A DNA stretch of 64,000 bases from Candidatus Micrarchaeota archaeon (GTDB taxonomy: Archaea > Micrarchaeota > Micrarchaeia > Micrarchaeales > CABMGC01). Position numbers and translations under genes: made by a program. Where the stretch lies: the NCBI GenBank assembly GCA_021797745.1, contig JAJZZD010000001.1:197459-261458 (forward strand). Direction: 5' to 3'. This document shows positions 53,839 to 63,234 of the stretch, in pieces. Numbering within the stretch: position 1 is the stretch's first letter; every line of letters starts with the position of its first letter. The notes under the pieces were generated by a model. It searched no databases. It saw only the letters and a program-made list of their open reading frames with translations, and was not told the DNA's origin.

Positions 53839-54906
53839 ATGAAATATTACCTTAAGTGCATATGCTGCAGTTCAGAATACGCAAGCAGCTACAATCGGCA
53901 GATATGCAGCAAATGCAATGGCATACTTGAAGTTTTTTACGAAGGCAAATTTTCAGATGTTCGTGCAAAAGGAACTGATTTCTGGGCGTATGAAAAATTC
54001 TTGCCAAAATGCCAATATGTCCACTTCAAAATCGGAGGCACGGGCCTGATAAAAAGCAAAGAATCTAACAATCTTTTTCTTAAATTAGAAACAGAAAATC
54101 CTACAAAGTCGTTCAAAGACAGAGGCACTGTAATAGAAATAGGTAAGGCGCTCGAATACAAATACAAGGAGGTGGTGTGCGCTTCAACAGGAAACATGGC
54201 GTATTCTGTGGCGCACTACGCCAGCCTTTCAGGCATAAAGGCCACGGTTTTCATAAGTGACGATGCGAATCCCGACAAGATAAAACTGATCTCAGGAGTC
54301 GAGGGCACTGAAATACTGCCTGTGAAAGGCGATTTTGTCATGGCACAGCAGAAGGCAATGGAATACACAAAGAGAATGAATGGGGAAGCGTTTCTAGTAG
54401 GTGATTACTGCTACAGAAAGGAAGGGCAGAAGACGCTGGCATATGAACTGGCTGACCAAATGCAAGACATGACCCATGTGATAATTCCAGTGGGCAACGC
54501 CACGCTTATAAGTGCAGTGTTCAAGGCCTTCAAGGAATTGCAGACAACAAAAAAACTCAAAAGACTGCCAAAGATAATTGCTGTGCAGGCAAAGGATTGC
54601 AGCCCCCTGGTAAAAGCATTTAATTCGTCGCAAAGGATAGAATACCAAATGCCCAAGACAAAGGCGGACGCAATAGCCGTAGGATTCCCCGGATACGGCG
54701 AGCAGGCCATGCAGGCGCTAAGGGAGACAAAAGGTTCTGCAGTCACAGTAACTGATTCTGAAATGCAGAAAGAGCAGAAGTCATTCAACAATACATACGG
54801 ACGTGTTGCCGAGCTTGCGGGTGTCGCAAGCATGGCTGCTTACAGAAAAATAAAGTTTTCAGAAAGTGACAAGGTAGTTGCAGTAATAAGCGGTGGCAAC
54901 GTATAA
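53839..54906 (+). CDS. thrC: threonine synthase
   Basis: 355 aa with an N-terminal Cys4 ribbon (CICC...CSKC) and the PLP lysine motif NPTKSFKDRGT. Confidence 0.85.
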   Translation: MKYYLKCICCSSEYASSYNRQICSKCNGILEVFYEGKFSDVRAKGTDFWAYEKFLPKCQYVHFKIGGTGLIKSKESNNLFLKLETENPTKSFKDRGTVIEIGKALEYKYKEVVCASTGNMAYSVAHYASLSGIKATVFISDDANPDKIKLISGVEGTEILPVKGDFVMAQQKAMEYTKRMNGEAFLVGDYCYRKEGQKTLAYELADQMQDMTHVIIPVGNATLISAVFKAFKELQTTKKLKRLPKIIAVQAKDCSPLVKAFNSSQRIEYQMPKTKADAIAVGFPGYGEQAMQALRETKGSAVTVTDSEMQKEQKSFNNTYGRVAELAGVASMAAYRKIKFSESDKVVAVISGGNV

Positions 54907-54932
54907 CCTTTCCAGCAACATTCTTATTTTTT

Positions 54933-55658
54933 TTATTTGGCCGCTTTTGCCAGCGCCTCAAGCGCCGTTTTTGCCGCTATGCTTACCTTCTTCTCAAGGT
55001 CTTTATGCGTCATAAGCGCAGTGTGCTTAACAACATTGTCGCTAACGACTAACAGAGCAGCTGTTTTTATTCCCTTAAGCTTGCCGAGCATGAAAAGCGT
55101 GGCAGTCTCCATGTCTATTGCGCCGTTTCCATATTTTTCCAATTCCCTTGCTTTTTTGACGCTCAGTGAAAAGAAAGAATCCGAGCTGTATACGTTGGTG
55201 TGCTTGCACTTTATTTTCTTTTCATTCAATGCATCGACAAGCATCCTCGAAAGCTCGAAGTCAGGGGTCTGCGCGAGCGAGATCCCGTGTAGTGTGCTAT
55301 CTAGATAGTGGGTTATAGTTCCGCCGTGCGAATAAGAAGCTCCTTCAGCCAGCACAAAATCGCCTATCTTTATATCCGCTTCCAGCGCGCCGCATGTGCC
55401 AAGCCTTATAATTTTCCTAGCTCCAAGCGCAATAAGCTCCTCTATTGCTATTGCAGCCGAAGGCTGCCCTATTCCGTGGCATGCGAGCGTCACCCTTCTG
55501 CCATCGAATTTGCCGGTATATACTATAAATCCCCTGTTTGAGCTTACCAGTCTTGCGCCTTTGAGCATACGCGCAAGTGCATTTATGCGCTCCGGGTCCC
55601 CTCCTATTACCACGTTTTCGGCTATATCTCCAGGTTTCGCCTTTATGAATATTGACAT
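54933..55658 (-). CDS. nucleoside phosphorylase (PNP/UDP family 1)
   Basis: 241 aa: ...VVIGGDPERINALA...TLACHGIGQPSAAIAIEELI...GTCGAL...DMETATL. Confidence 0.8.
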   Translation of the reverse strand: MSIFIKAKPGDIAENVVIGGDPERINALARMLKGARLVSSNRGFIVYTGKFDGRRVTLACHGIGQPSAAIAIEELIALGARKIIRLGTCGALEADIKIGDFVLAEGASYSHGGTITHYLDSTLHGISLAQTPDFELSRMLVDALNEKKIKCKHTNVYSSDSFFSLSVKKARELEKYGNGAIDMETATLFMLGKLKGIKTAALLVVSDNVVKHTALMTHKDLEKKVSIAAKTALEALAKAAK

Positions 55659-55754
55659 GCAACGACCCTCTGATTTTTACGACCGTATACTTGATTATAT
55701 AGATTCATAAATTCACGTGCGTAAATTATATGGCTATTGTAAAAGGTACTGCGA

Positions 55755-56960
55755 ATGACAAATGACAAGCTTAACATATCTGTGATAGTCCTGGACACTA
55801 TGCGCGCTGACATATTTTATGACATGCTAAAAAAAGACAGGAGTTCAGTGTTCTCGGAATTTTACAAAGTGGAAAAATGCATATCGCCTGAATCGTGGAC
55901 GCTTCCTGCACATGCATCTCTTTTCACAGGCATGTACCCGAGCCAGCATGGCTGCCACGAAAGCAGAACTGTAAAAGCCCTTGACATAGAACAGATAAAG
56001 CTAAGGAAAAAAACAATAGTGACTGAGTTAAAGAACAAAGGCTACAAAACCTACGGGATTTCGGCAAACCCTTATCTGCATCCAGTCTACGGATTTGATG
56101 AATTCGATGTTTTCAAAGAGGAATCTTATTTTACCGACAACTTCGGCAGCGTGTTCGAGGTATCAGAAAAGCTTAAGCCCCTGATTGCGAAATACAGGAA
56201 CGTTTATGGCGCAAATGCCCTGAAAATATCGATAGCGATGCTTAAAGAAGACCCTAACCTATTCCTAGAAACTGCAGCCACAAGTCTGTTTCCCACTTTC
56301 ATGTCGGTTTTCAAAAAGTTGAAGGCAAAGGCCATAGAAGGATGGCCTCTGGAAAAGGGCGGTAAGAATATAGTGAAAAACATAAAGGAAACGAAATTCA
56401 AAGAGCCTTTCTTCCTTTTCGCCAACTTCATGGAAGCGCACGAGCCGTATGTAGGCAAGAAAGGCAAGGACTTCAACTGGCCTACTCCTTTCATGATAAA
56501 AAAAACAGAACCCGAATTGGTACGGCTCTGGAAAAAGCTTTACATCAAGGCGTCTAAGAAAGCATACAATTATGGAATAAAAACCGCCGAGACGTTGCTC
56601 AGCAGGTTCGGGGAAAATCAGATGATAATAATCACTTCTGACCATGGTCAGTGTTTCGGAGAGCACGGATTCATAGGTCACGGCACAATGCTGTATGACG
56701 AAATCGTAAGGGTGCCGCTCATTATCCATATTCCAAGTTCTTTCAGGTCAGAAAAGTCAAAGCAGTCCTCATCGCTCGTCAACATAAAGCAGTTCATCAT
56801 GTCTGCGCTTGGCGGGGAGGAAAATGCCGCTGCGAAATTATACAGCAAAGAGGTTTTCGCGCAGAGTTTCGGGATACCTGCAAACCTGTCTGGCATAAAG
56901 GGAATAGACAAAAACAAGGTAAGGGCAGGCGAAACAGTGAAAACTAGGAAATTCAAATAG
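55755..56960 (+). CDS. alkaline-phosphatase-superfamily hydrolase (sulfatase / nucleotide pyrophosphatase-like)
   Basis: 401 aa with VIVLDTMRAD, SWTLPAHASLFTGMYPSQHG (Thr at the nucleophile-like position) and ITSDHGQCFGEHG. Confidence 0.7.
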   Translation: MTNDKLNISVIVLDTMRADIFYDMLKKDRSSVFSEFYKVEKCISPESWTLPAHASLFTGMYPSQHGCHESRTVKALDIEQIKLRKKTIVTELKNKGYKTYGISANPYLHPVYGFDEFDVFKEESYFTDNFGSVFEVSEKLKPLIAKYRNVYGANALKISIAMLKEDPNLFLETAATSLFPTFMSVFKKLKAKAIEGWPLEKGGKNIVKNIKETKFKEPFFLFANFMEAHEPYVGKKGKDFNWPTPFMIKKTEPELVRLWKKLYIKASKKAYNYGIKTAETLLSRFGENQMIIITSDHGQCFGEHGFIGHGTMLYDEIVRVPLIIHIPSSFRSEKSKQSSSLVNIKQFIMSALGGEENAAAKLYSKEVFAQSFGIPANLSGIKGIDKNKVRAGETVKTRKFK

Positions 56961-58185
56961 CATTCACTATTCCTATTCCGCAGAACGCGCCGCCGCTGTA
57001 TAAAATGAATCTTCCGAGTTCCCTTGTGACGTCGTAATTTTCGACAGGAATTTTCCTGCTAATTAAAATTTCCGCATTTACTGCCTCTAAGAAACGCGGT
57101 TTTGTGCTTTTTTCTTTTTCTCCGGTTACAGTGTTGAGTACATTGCTGATTTTGATCCATTTGCAGCCTATGTCTATTCCGTTGAATTTAATCATTAGTT
57201 TATTTCCTATTTTCCCAGTCACAAAAATCAGCGATTTCAAGGAATCGGTTATCCTGGGCTTGTCGTTTATGCTCGATATCACTGTTCCTCTTAATTCTGA
57301 ATTTATTTTATTGCTTAAAGCCAGAGCAACATTTTCTCCTACTTCTGCATTTTTTACTTTTTTACCTTTAACTGTAATATCTTTAGCAATCGCTTCCTCC
57401 CCTATAGGTTCGAACACCAGCTTTTCGCCGGTTTTCAAACTTCCTGACACTATTTTGCCCGCGACCAGCTTATTTTCTGCATCAAGAGCTCCCTGCACAA
57501 TTATTCTGAGAGGGCCTTCCTTTTTCTCTTCTTCAGATTTCGCGTTGGCATAGAGCGCCTCTAGAAGGGCATTTCCTTTATACCACTTCATATTGCTGCT
57601 TTTTTTAACAAGATTTTCCCCTTTGTATGCAGAAATAGGGACAAAATTAACATTCTCTTTTGAAAATCCAATTTTTTCTATGAAGGTCATTAAGCCTTTT
57701 TTTATGTTGTCAAACGTTTCCTTGGAATATCCCGCAAGGTCCATTTTGTTTACCGCTACGATGAGTTTGTTTATGCCGAGCATCCTCGCTATGAACAAAT
57801 GCCTTTTTGTCTGGTCCTTTATTCCTTCGCCTTTCTTTGCAGATACGAGCAGAAGGGCAATTTCTCCATAAGAGGCTCCACTTATCATGTTTTTTATTAG
57901 TTCTTCGTGACCAGGCACATCAATGAGGGCGAAAGCAAGGTCTTTGTGCTTTATCTCCGCTCTTGTTGTATCAATTGTCATTTCGTTTTCTCTTTCTTCA
58001 GAAAAACTATCCAATATGAATGCCGGTTCAAATCGTTTGTGCAACTTTTTGCTGTAAGTTTCTGCCTCCTGCATTCTGACTTTTGTTGCAGCCCCTGTCC
58101 GCATAAGCAGACTTCCGATTAAAGTTGATTTTCCATGGTCTTTATGGCCTAACAATGCAATGTTAATGACTTTCAAGTTAATCAC
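56953..58185 (-). CDS. cysN: CysN-like GTPase (sulfate adenylyltransferase subunit 1 / EF-1alpha paralogue)
   Basis: 410 aa with GHKDHGKSTLIG, DVPGHEELIKNM and VNKMDL. It lies immediately downstream of the cysD-like gene. Confidence 0.7.
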   Translation of the reverse strand: MINLKVINIALLGHKDHGKSTLIGSLLMRTGAATKVRMQEAETYSKKLHKRFEPAFILDSFSEERENEMTIDTTRAEIKHKDLAFALIDVPGHEELIKNMISGASYGEIALLLVSAKKGEGIKDQTKRHLFIARMLGINKLIVAVNKMDLAGYSKETFDNIKKGLMTFIEKIGFSKENVNFVPISAYKGENLVKKSSNMKWYKGNALLEALYANAKSEEEKKEGPLRIIVQGALDAENKLVAGKIVSGSLKTGEKLVFEPIGEEAIAKDITVKGKKVKNAEVGENVALALSNKINSELRGTVISSINDKPRITDSLKSLIFVTGKIGNKLMIKFNGIDIGCKWIKISNVLNTVTGEKEKSTKPRFLEAVNAEILISRKIPVENYDVTRELGRFILYSGGAFCGIGIVNAI

Positions 58186-58236
58186 TGATGGACATTTAAT
58201 TTTAAGTTACCTAAAACGCACAAGCCGCATAGCCGT

Positions 58237-59028
58237 CTACATATAACCCAAAGACCTCAATCTGGCCATAACGTATTCCCTTTCTTTGTCCATGCTTCTG
58301 CCCGACCGCTCTTCTACTTTGGTTGTTTGAAGCTCTTTTATTATATCATCAACATTCTTTGCATTCGATTTCAAAGGTATAGTGCAGTGGGTGCAGCCAA
58401 GGCTTCTGTACCTGTATCCATTTCTCGAGAAATAAAGAGGATTAACAGGTATGTGTTCTTGCTTTATGTAATTCCACACGTCTATCTCGTTCCAGTCTAG
58501 AAGCGGGTGAACACGTACGTGGCCTTTCACCTCCATCTTGCTCGAGTAATCATCCCAAAGTTCAGCCGGCTGATTCTTGTAATTCCAGCGGAACTGCTCA
58601 TCCCTGGGCGACATGTACCTCTCTTTAGCACGTATGCCATGCTCGTCTCTTCGTATTGAAACTATCAGCGCATCAAATCCATATTCCTTCATTATCTTCT
58701 TCAAAGTTTCGGGTTTGTTCTTTCCGCAGCATGCCGAGCCGACAAGATCCGGCTTAATCTCGCTGTAACCTACTATCACTTTGAAGTTCCATTTTTTAGC
58801 CAGGTCCTGCCTGAATTTGTACGTTTCGGGGAAATCAATCCCGTTGTCTATATGAATTACTGGGAAAGGTATTTTTCCAAGAAAAGCTTTTCTGGCGAGC
58901 GCGAGCATTGTTGTGCTGTCCTTTCCCATGCTCCAGAGCGCAGCTATGTTCTTGAACTTGAGCTTTGCCTCACGGATTATGTAAATGCTCTTTTCCTCAA
59001 GCGCCTTCAGGTCCTGTTCTATCATCAT
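58237..59028 (-). CDS. cysD: CysD-like sulfate adenylyltransferase subunit 2 (PAPS reductase/ATP sulfurylase PP-loop family)
   Basis: 263 aa with LEEKSIYIIREA, WSMGKDSTTMLALARKAF, PVIHIDNG, RRDEHGIRAKERYMSPRD, VHPLLDWNEIDVWNYI, RSLGC and ERSGR. It is collinear with E. coli CysD as I remember it. Confidence 0.8.
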   Translation of the reverse strand: MMIEQDLKALEEKSIYIIREAKLKFKNIAALWSMGKDSTTMLALARKAFLGKIPFPVIHIDNGIDFPETYKFRQDLAKKWNFKVIVGYSEIKPDLVGSACCGKNKPETLKKIMKEYGFDALIVSIRRDEHGIRAKERYMSPRDEQFRWNYKNQPAELWDDYSSKMEVKGHVRVHPLLDWNEIDVWNYIKQEHIPVNPLYFSRNGYRYRSLGCTHCTIPLKSNAKNVDDIIKELQTTKVEERSGRSMDKEREYVMARLRSLGYM

Positions 59029-59318
59029 TCCACCTTGTTTAAAATCGAAAGTCCTATCAGGTTTATTGTCGCGCCCTCTATTTTCTTCCCCTCACGTTCA
59101 AACACCGGCACTTTTGCCACAAACTTTTTTTTTGAATCGAACAATTCGACATACGACCTGAGCAGGTCACTCTTCTTGTTGAGTTTTCCGTCTTCGAACT
59201 TGACGCTGTAATACTTTATGCCACTTTTCTTCAGCGCTGCGTCGAATTTCTTCCAGTTAGCTCTGCTTGGCTCCTTCCAAAGCGTGTCTGCCATCTCGCT
59301 TATTTTTTTAACTGCCAT
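59025..59318 (-). CDS. hypothetical protein (operon member upstream of cysD)
   Basis: 97 aa from MAVKKISEMADTLWKEPSRANWKKFDAALKK... It has an ATGA overlap with the cysD start. Confidence 0.45.
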   Translation of the reverse strand: MAVKKISEMADTLWKEPSRANWKKFDAALKKSGIKYYSVKFEDGKLNKKSDLLRSYVELFDSKKKFVAKVPVFEREGKKIEGATINLIGLSILNKVE

Positions 59319-59334
59319 GTTGACCACGTAAAAA

Positions 59335-59541
59335 TTAAGCATAACCAAGCGCATGCAGCTTTTCGATTACGTCTTTGTGGCTTTTGCTCTCCGGCCTGTC
59401 CGCCTCTATCAGGAATTCCCTGAGGAGGAACTGCACGTAATCAGATACGGAAGAAAAGCCAGTTCCCTGTATTTTCTTTTCCAATTTCTCGAACAGCTGT
59501 GCAGGTATTGTAATCGTTGTGTATTTCCTTTTTTCAGCCAT
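59335..59541 (-). CDS. ribbon-helix-helix (CopG-like) DNA-binding protein
   Basis: 68 aa from MAEKRKYTTITIPAQLFEKLEKKIQGTGFSSVSDYVQFLLREFL. Confidence 0.65.
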   Translation of the reverse strand: MAEKRKYTTITIPAQLFEKLEKKIQGTGFSSVSDYVQFLLREFLIEADRPESKSHKDVIEKLHALGYA

Positions 59542-59651
59542 AATGTTCAATAATGTTATAACATTATGATATAAAAAGGTTTGCAAAGCTCCCGCAAATG
59601 AAAGAAAATATAAAAAGAATAAGGCGCCGCCGCTGCGGCGCACAAAACCGA

Positions 59652-59792
59652 TTAGCCTCCTATCTTAAACATCTTTGTCCCGCAGACGGAACATGTCCCT
59701 GTCGCTGCCTTCTTTCCGTTCTTCATGGTTACTTCCTTAGGGTCCTTCATCTCCCGTTTAGCCTTGCACTTAACACAATATGCTTCTACCAT
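59652..59792 (-). CDS. small zinc-ribbon protein (DUF5679-like)
   Basis: Own translation, 46 aa: MVEAYCVKCKAKREMKDPKEVTMKNGKKAATGTCSVCGTKMFKIGG. It is below the ORF-track cutoff. Confidence 0.6.
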   Translation of the reverse strand: MVEAYCVKCKAKREMKDPKEVTMKNGKKAATGTCSVCGTKMFKIGG

Positions 59793-60050
59793 ATTATCGC
59801 CAATTACATAGTGTCATATCAATATTAAAATACATAGGTAAAACGCGCAAACGCAGGTCTCAAGCAAATAGCCTTAAATACCTTGCATGCATCAAACGTC
59901 TTAGATAAAAAGTGAAAGTGATGCCTTTCCAAACAGGATTGTGAGGTTATATTCGTTTTCTAGTTACTTGCAGTGCTATTTTAAATTCTCATTTTCTATT
60001 CTTATTTCAAGATTAGTTTACTATTTACCTTTCTGCTCAATGGTGTAATT

Positions 60051-61766
60051 ATGAAAATACTGCAATTAGACGTGAACAGCGTAAAATTCGAGCTGGTTAA
60101 ACCTGAGGCAAGCGTGTATGAGGAATACAAAGACAAGGGAGGAAGCGCAGAAAATGCGTTGTTGCTTCTCACAAGCGTTGAAAAAGGAGACAGCAACTCG
60201 ATTGCGGAAAATGCGGTTAGAGATGCGCTAAAGTTTGCAAAGAAGCAGGGGGTAAAGAAAATTGTCATATATCCTTTCGCTCATTTGAGCAGCAATCTTT
60301 CCGGACTCGACGACGCAATGGGCATTCTTAAGCACATGTGCGAATTTGCCGAGAAAAACTCTGAAGGCATAGAAATAATGCACGCGCCTTTTGGCTGGAA
60401 CAAGAAGCTTTCGATAGAAATAAAGGGCCATCCGCTGGCGGAAGAAGCCAAGTCATATGCGGAGACGTCTGAGGAAGAGACCGAGGAGAAAGCAGGCGCG
60501 CACAGGAAAAAGGAGAAAAAAGTGGATTTGTCGATTGTTAAGAAAAGCGACTGGTCAGGATTGCCAAAAGAGGACCACAGGACCATAGGTGAAGAAATGG
60601 ACCTGTACAGCTTCCAGGAGATATCCCCTGCTATGGTATATTGGCACCCTAAGGGATGGATCATCTACCAGGAACTGGTGAAGTTCCTGCGCGAAAAAGA
60701 AGCGGAATACGGCTATCGGGAGCTAAGCACGCCTAGCATGGCTAACATAGCCCTTTGGCATGTCAGCGGGCACTATGAGCACTACAGAGATAATATGTTC
60801 TCAATAGATTCAGCTCTGGGAGACCTGGGCCTTAAGCCGATGAACTGCCCTTCTACTATAATGATATACAGGTCAAGGAAATGGAGCTACAAGGAGCTGC
60901 CTTTCAGGACCGCGATATTCGACAGGATATACAGGAGCGAGCTCAGTGGTGCGGTAACGGGTTTATTCAGGGTGAAGGAGCTTACGCAGGACGACGGGCA
61001 TCTGTTCGTCAGGGAAGACCAGATAGGAGACGAGGTAAAGCTGCTTTTGAAGATGGTGAACGACATTTACAACACGTTCGGCATGAAATACACCGCAAAG
61101 CTGTCCACAATGCCTGACGACCACATGGGCACTGTGGAGTTTTGGGACAAGGCAACCGGTTTGCTGAAAAAAGCCCTTGACGTTAACGGCATAAAGTATG
61201 AGATAAAGGAAAAAGAGGGCGCTTTCTACGGGCCGAAAATAGACTTCGATGTTTTCGATTCACAGGAAAGGGCATGGCAGCTTGCAACTATACAGCTGGA
61301 CTATCAGCTGCCGCAGCGCTTCAAACTTTCCTATACTGGCGAAGACGGCAAGGAGCACATGCCTGTGATGATACACAGGGCCATACTTGGCTCTCTTGAA
61401 AGGTTCATCGGCGTCATGGTGGAGCACTATCAGGGAAAATTCCCGACCTGGCTTGCGCCGGTGCAGGCAAGGATAATATCGGTTTCAGAGAAATCTAACA
61501 AATACGCAGAGGAAATATATTCTGAATTCAAAAAAGGAAAGCTGCGCGCAGAACTCGATGCCAGCGACAGGAAGATAGATTACAAGATACGCGAGGGAAT
61601 AATGTCCAAGGCGCCTTACCTGATAGTAATTGGCGAAAAGGAGCAGGCTGCACGAGAGATAACTGTAAGGAACAGGAAGGCCGTGCAGAAGAAATTCAAA
61701 GTGCCAGATTTTGTCAAAGGGCTGAGGGATGAGATAGAAAGCAGGTCCGGAGAACAGATATTCTGA
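60051..61766 (+). CDS. thrS: threonyl-tRNA synthetase (archaeal-type N-terminal editing domain)
   Basis: 571 aa with a class II core (HRTIGEEMDLYSFQE, FRVKELTQDDGHLF, HRAILGSLERFIG) and a C-terminal anticodon-binding domain. Confidence 0.92.
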   Translation: MKILQLDVNSVKFELVKPEASVYEEYKDKGGSAENALLLLTSVEKGDSNSIAENAVRDALKFAKKQGVKKIVIYPFAHLSSNLSGLDDAMGILKHMCEFAEKNSEGIEIMHAPFGWNKKLSIEIKGHPLAEEAKSYAETSEEETEEKAGAHRKKEKKVDLSIVKKSDWSGLPKEDHRTIGEEMDLYSFQEISPAMVYWHPKGWIIYQELVKFLREKEAEYGYRELSTPSMANIALWHVSGHYEHYRDNMFSIDSALGDLGLKPMNCPSTIMIYRSRKWSYKELPFRTAIFDRIYRSELSGAVTGLFRVKELTQDDGHLFVREDQIGDEVKLLLKMVNDIYNTFGMKYTAKLSTMPDDHMGTVEFWDKATGLLKKALDVNGIKYEIKEKEGAFYGPKIDFDVFDSQERAWQLATIQLDYQLPQRFKLSYTGEDGKEHMPVMIHRAILGSLERFIGVMVEHYQGKFPTWLAPVQARIISVSEKSNKYAEEIYSEFKKGKLRAELDASDRKIDYKIREGIMSKAPYLIVIGEKEQAAREITVRNRKAVQKKFKVPDFVKGLRDEIESRSGEQIF

Positions 61767-61872
61767 CTCTGATTTTGCATCCTGCAGCGCAGCCTTGCCG
61801 CGAGATACACGAAACCCTGTGCATGAAATGGCTGACAGCATGGTTTATATGCTATCAAATCAATAACATACT

Positions 61873-62263
61873 ATGAAAGAAATGCCAGATGGCCGCAGGA
61901 TGGCATTTGAAAAACGCGCATTTTACTCGATACTTTTAATATAGGTAGTGCTGATTATAGGCACCCTCGGTTCGTTTCATAGAAGGTTATTCTTTCATAG
62001 ACTCTTTCTATGCGATAAGCATGCTGGCGACAGGCGAGGGTCTGACCGCAGCTCCAGTCACGGCATTGGGCAAAATATTCGCTTCTGTAATGGCATTCGT
62101 GTCGATAGGTGCAGTGATATTCTCAATAATATTCGTTTTCGGCCCTCTTGTTAGCAAACTGCTGCACTTAGGCGAAAAGGAACTTAAAAAGGAAGAGAAG
62201 GCAATCAAAAAGGGCATCAAGATAATAGAGAAAGAGAAGCGCCTAAAGACCAAAGGCAAATGA
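61873..62263 (+). pseudogene. two-TM K-channel-like gene, disrupted (in-frame TAG at 61942 plus a frame change near 61965-61975)
   Basis: Frame 1 reads MKEMPDGRRMAFEKRAFYSILLI-stop-VVLIIGTLGSF. Frame 2 continues FIEGYSFIDSFYAISMLATGEGLTAAPVTALGKIFASVMAFVSIGAVIFSIIFVFGPLV, a pore helix, filter-like TGEG and an inner helix. The 62021-62263 ORF is the intact 3-prime part. Confidence 0.45.
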
Positions 62264-62299
62264 CTGCGTCTGGCCGGCTGCGCCGCGTGCCGTGGCTTC

Positions 62300-62575
62300 T
62301 TATTCATCGTTGTGCTCCGATTCCCATATCCTTGCGTTCATGGTCATGCGGAATTTCTTGAGCATCCCGGCGCGCTCATCCTCAACCCTAAGAAAGTAAT
62401 CCAGGAGCCTGCCTTTTTCAGTTTCTTCTTTGTCGCTTGTTCTGTACTTGTTTTTTATTTTTTCCTTCTGCGGTGCCCCCTGTTCCTGGCTTTCGATGGC
62501 GCGTGCCATGTGCTCTATTTCCCAGTCTTCGCCACGCTCAGCCTTTCTGTTTTTCTCTCCTGCCGTTGACCCCAT
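62300..62575 (-). CDS. hypothetical charged protein
   Basis: 91-aa ORF with no recognised family. Confidence 0.35.
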   Translation of the reverse strand: MGSTAGEKNRKAERGEDWEIEHMARAIESQEQGAPQKEKIKNKYRTSDKEETEKGRLLDYFLRVEDERAGMLKKFRMTMNARIWESEHNDE

Positions 62576-62689
62576 TCTACCTGCATATTGTGAAAGGCCA
62601 TGTATTTATTAATTTCTGTTATATTTTCCTACACTTGCCAATAGTATCTATATTTTTAATTTTAAATCCTGATTATATCTGGTGTCTTC

Positions 62690-63133
62690 ATGGCGGCAAA
62701 AAAGAGAAAGAGCAATCTGCCAGCAACTTTGGGCAAAGAAAACGCTTTCGCAGAAAGGAACGCCGGGAATATCAACAAGTTTTTCGGCAGCTTCGGAAAG
62801 TTTTTCAGTACACCGGTCAGATATGATGATTTCCACAAGCTTCCTGACGTTGTGCTTACTGACGAGGGCGATTCGTACAAGATAAAAGTAGATATTCCGG
62901 GTATGAGCTCAAATGATGTGAAGTTCAAGGTAGAAAAAAACCGCATAATAGTGACTGCTGAGGAAAAGAAGCAAAAAGAGGTGCAGGGCAAAGGGTATTT
63001 CTTCAGTGAAAAGAAAGCAGAAAGCTATTACCGGAGCATACCTCTGCCAAGCGAGGTATTGCCTAAAACTGCAAAAGCAGATTACGGTGTTAACAAGCTA
63101 GAAATCAACGTAAAGAAAGCGGACAAGAAGTAA
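62690..63133 (+). CDS. hsp20: small heat shock protein (Hsp20/alpha-crystallin)
   Basis: 147 aa: DVVLTDEGDSYKIKVDIPGMSSNDVKFKVEKNRIIVTAE...RSIPLPSEV...KADYGVNKLEINVKK. Confidence 0.9.
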   Translation: MAAKKRKSNLPATLGKENAFAERNAGNINKFFGSFGKFFSTPVRYDDFHKLPDVVLTDEGDSYKIKVDIPGMSSNDVKFKVEKNRIIVTAEEKKQKEVQGKGYFFSEKKAESYYRSIPLPSEVLPKTAKADYGVNKLEINVKKADKK

Positions 63134-63234
63134 ACTGCACGTAAAACAGGTTAATACTTTTATCTAAGTAAAATTTCCTAATATTTAAACACTTTTCCTT
63201 CCTATGTCTATAGAAGTTGCCATAGCGACGTCGT

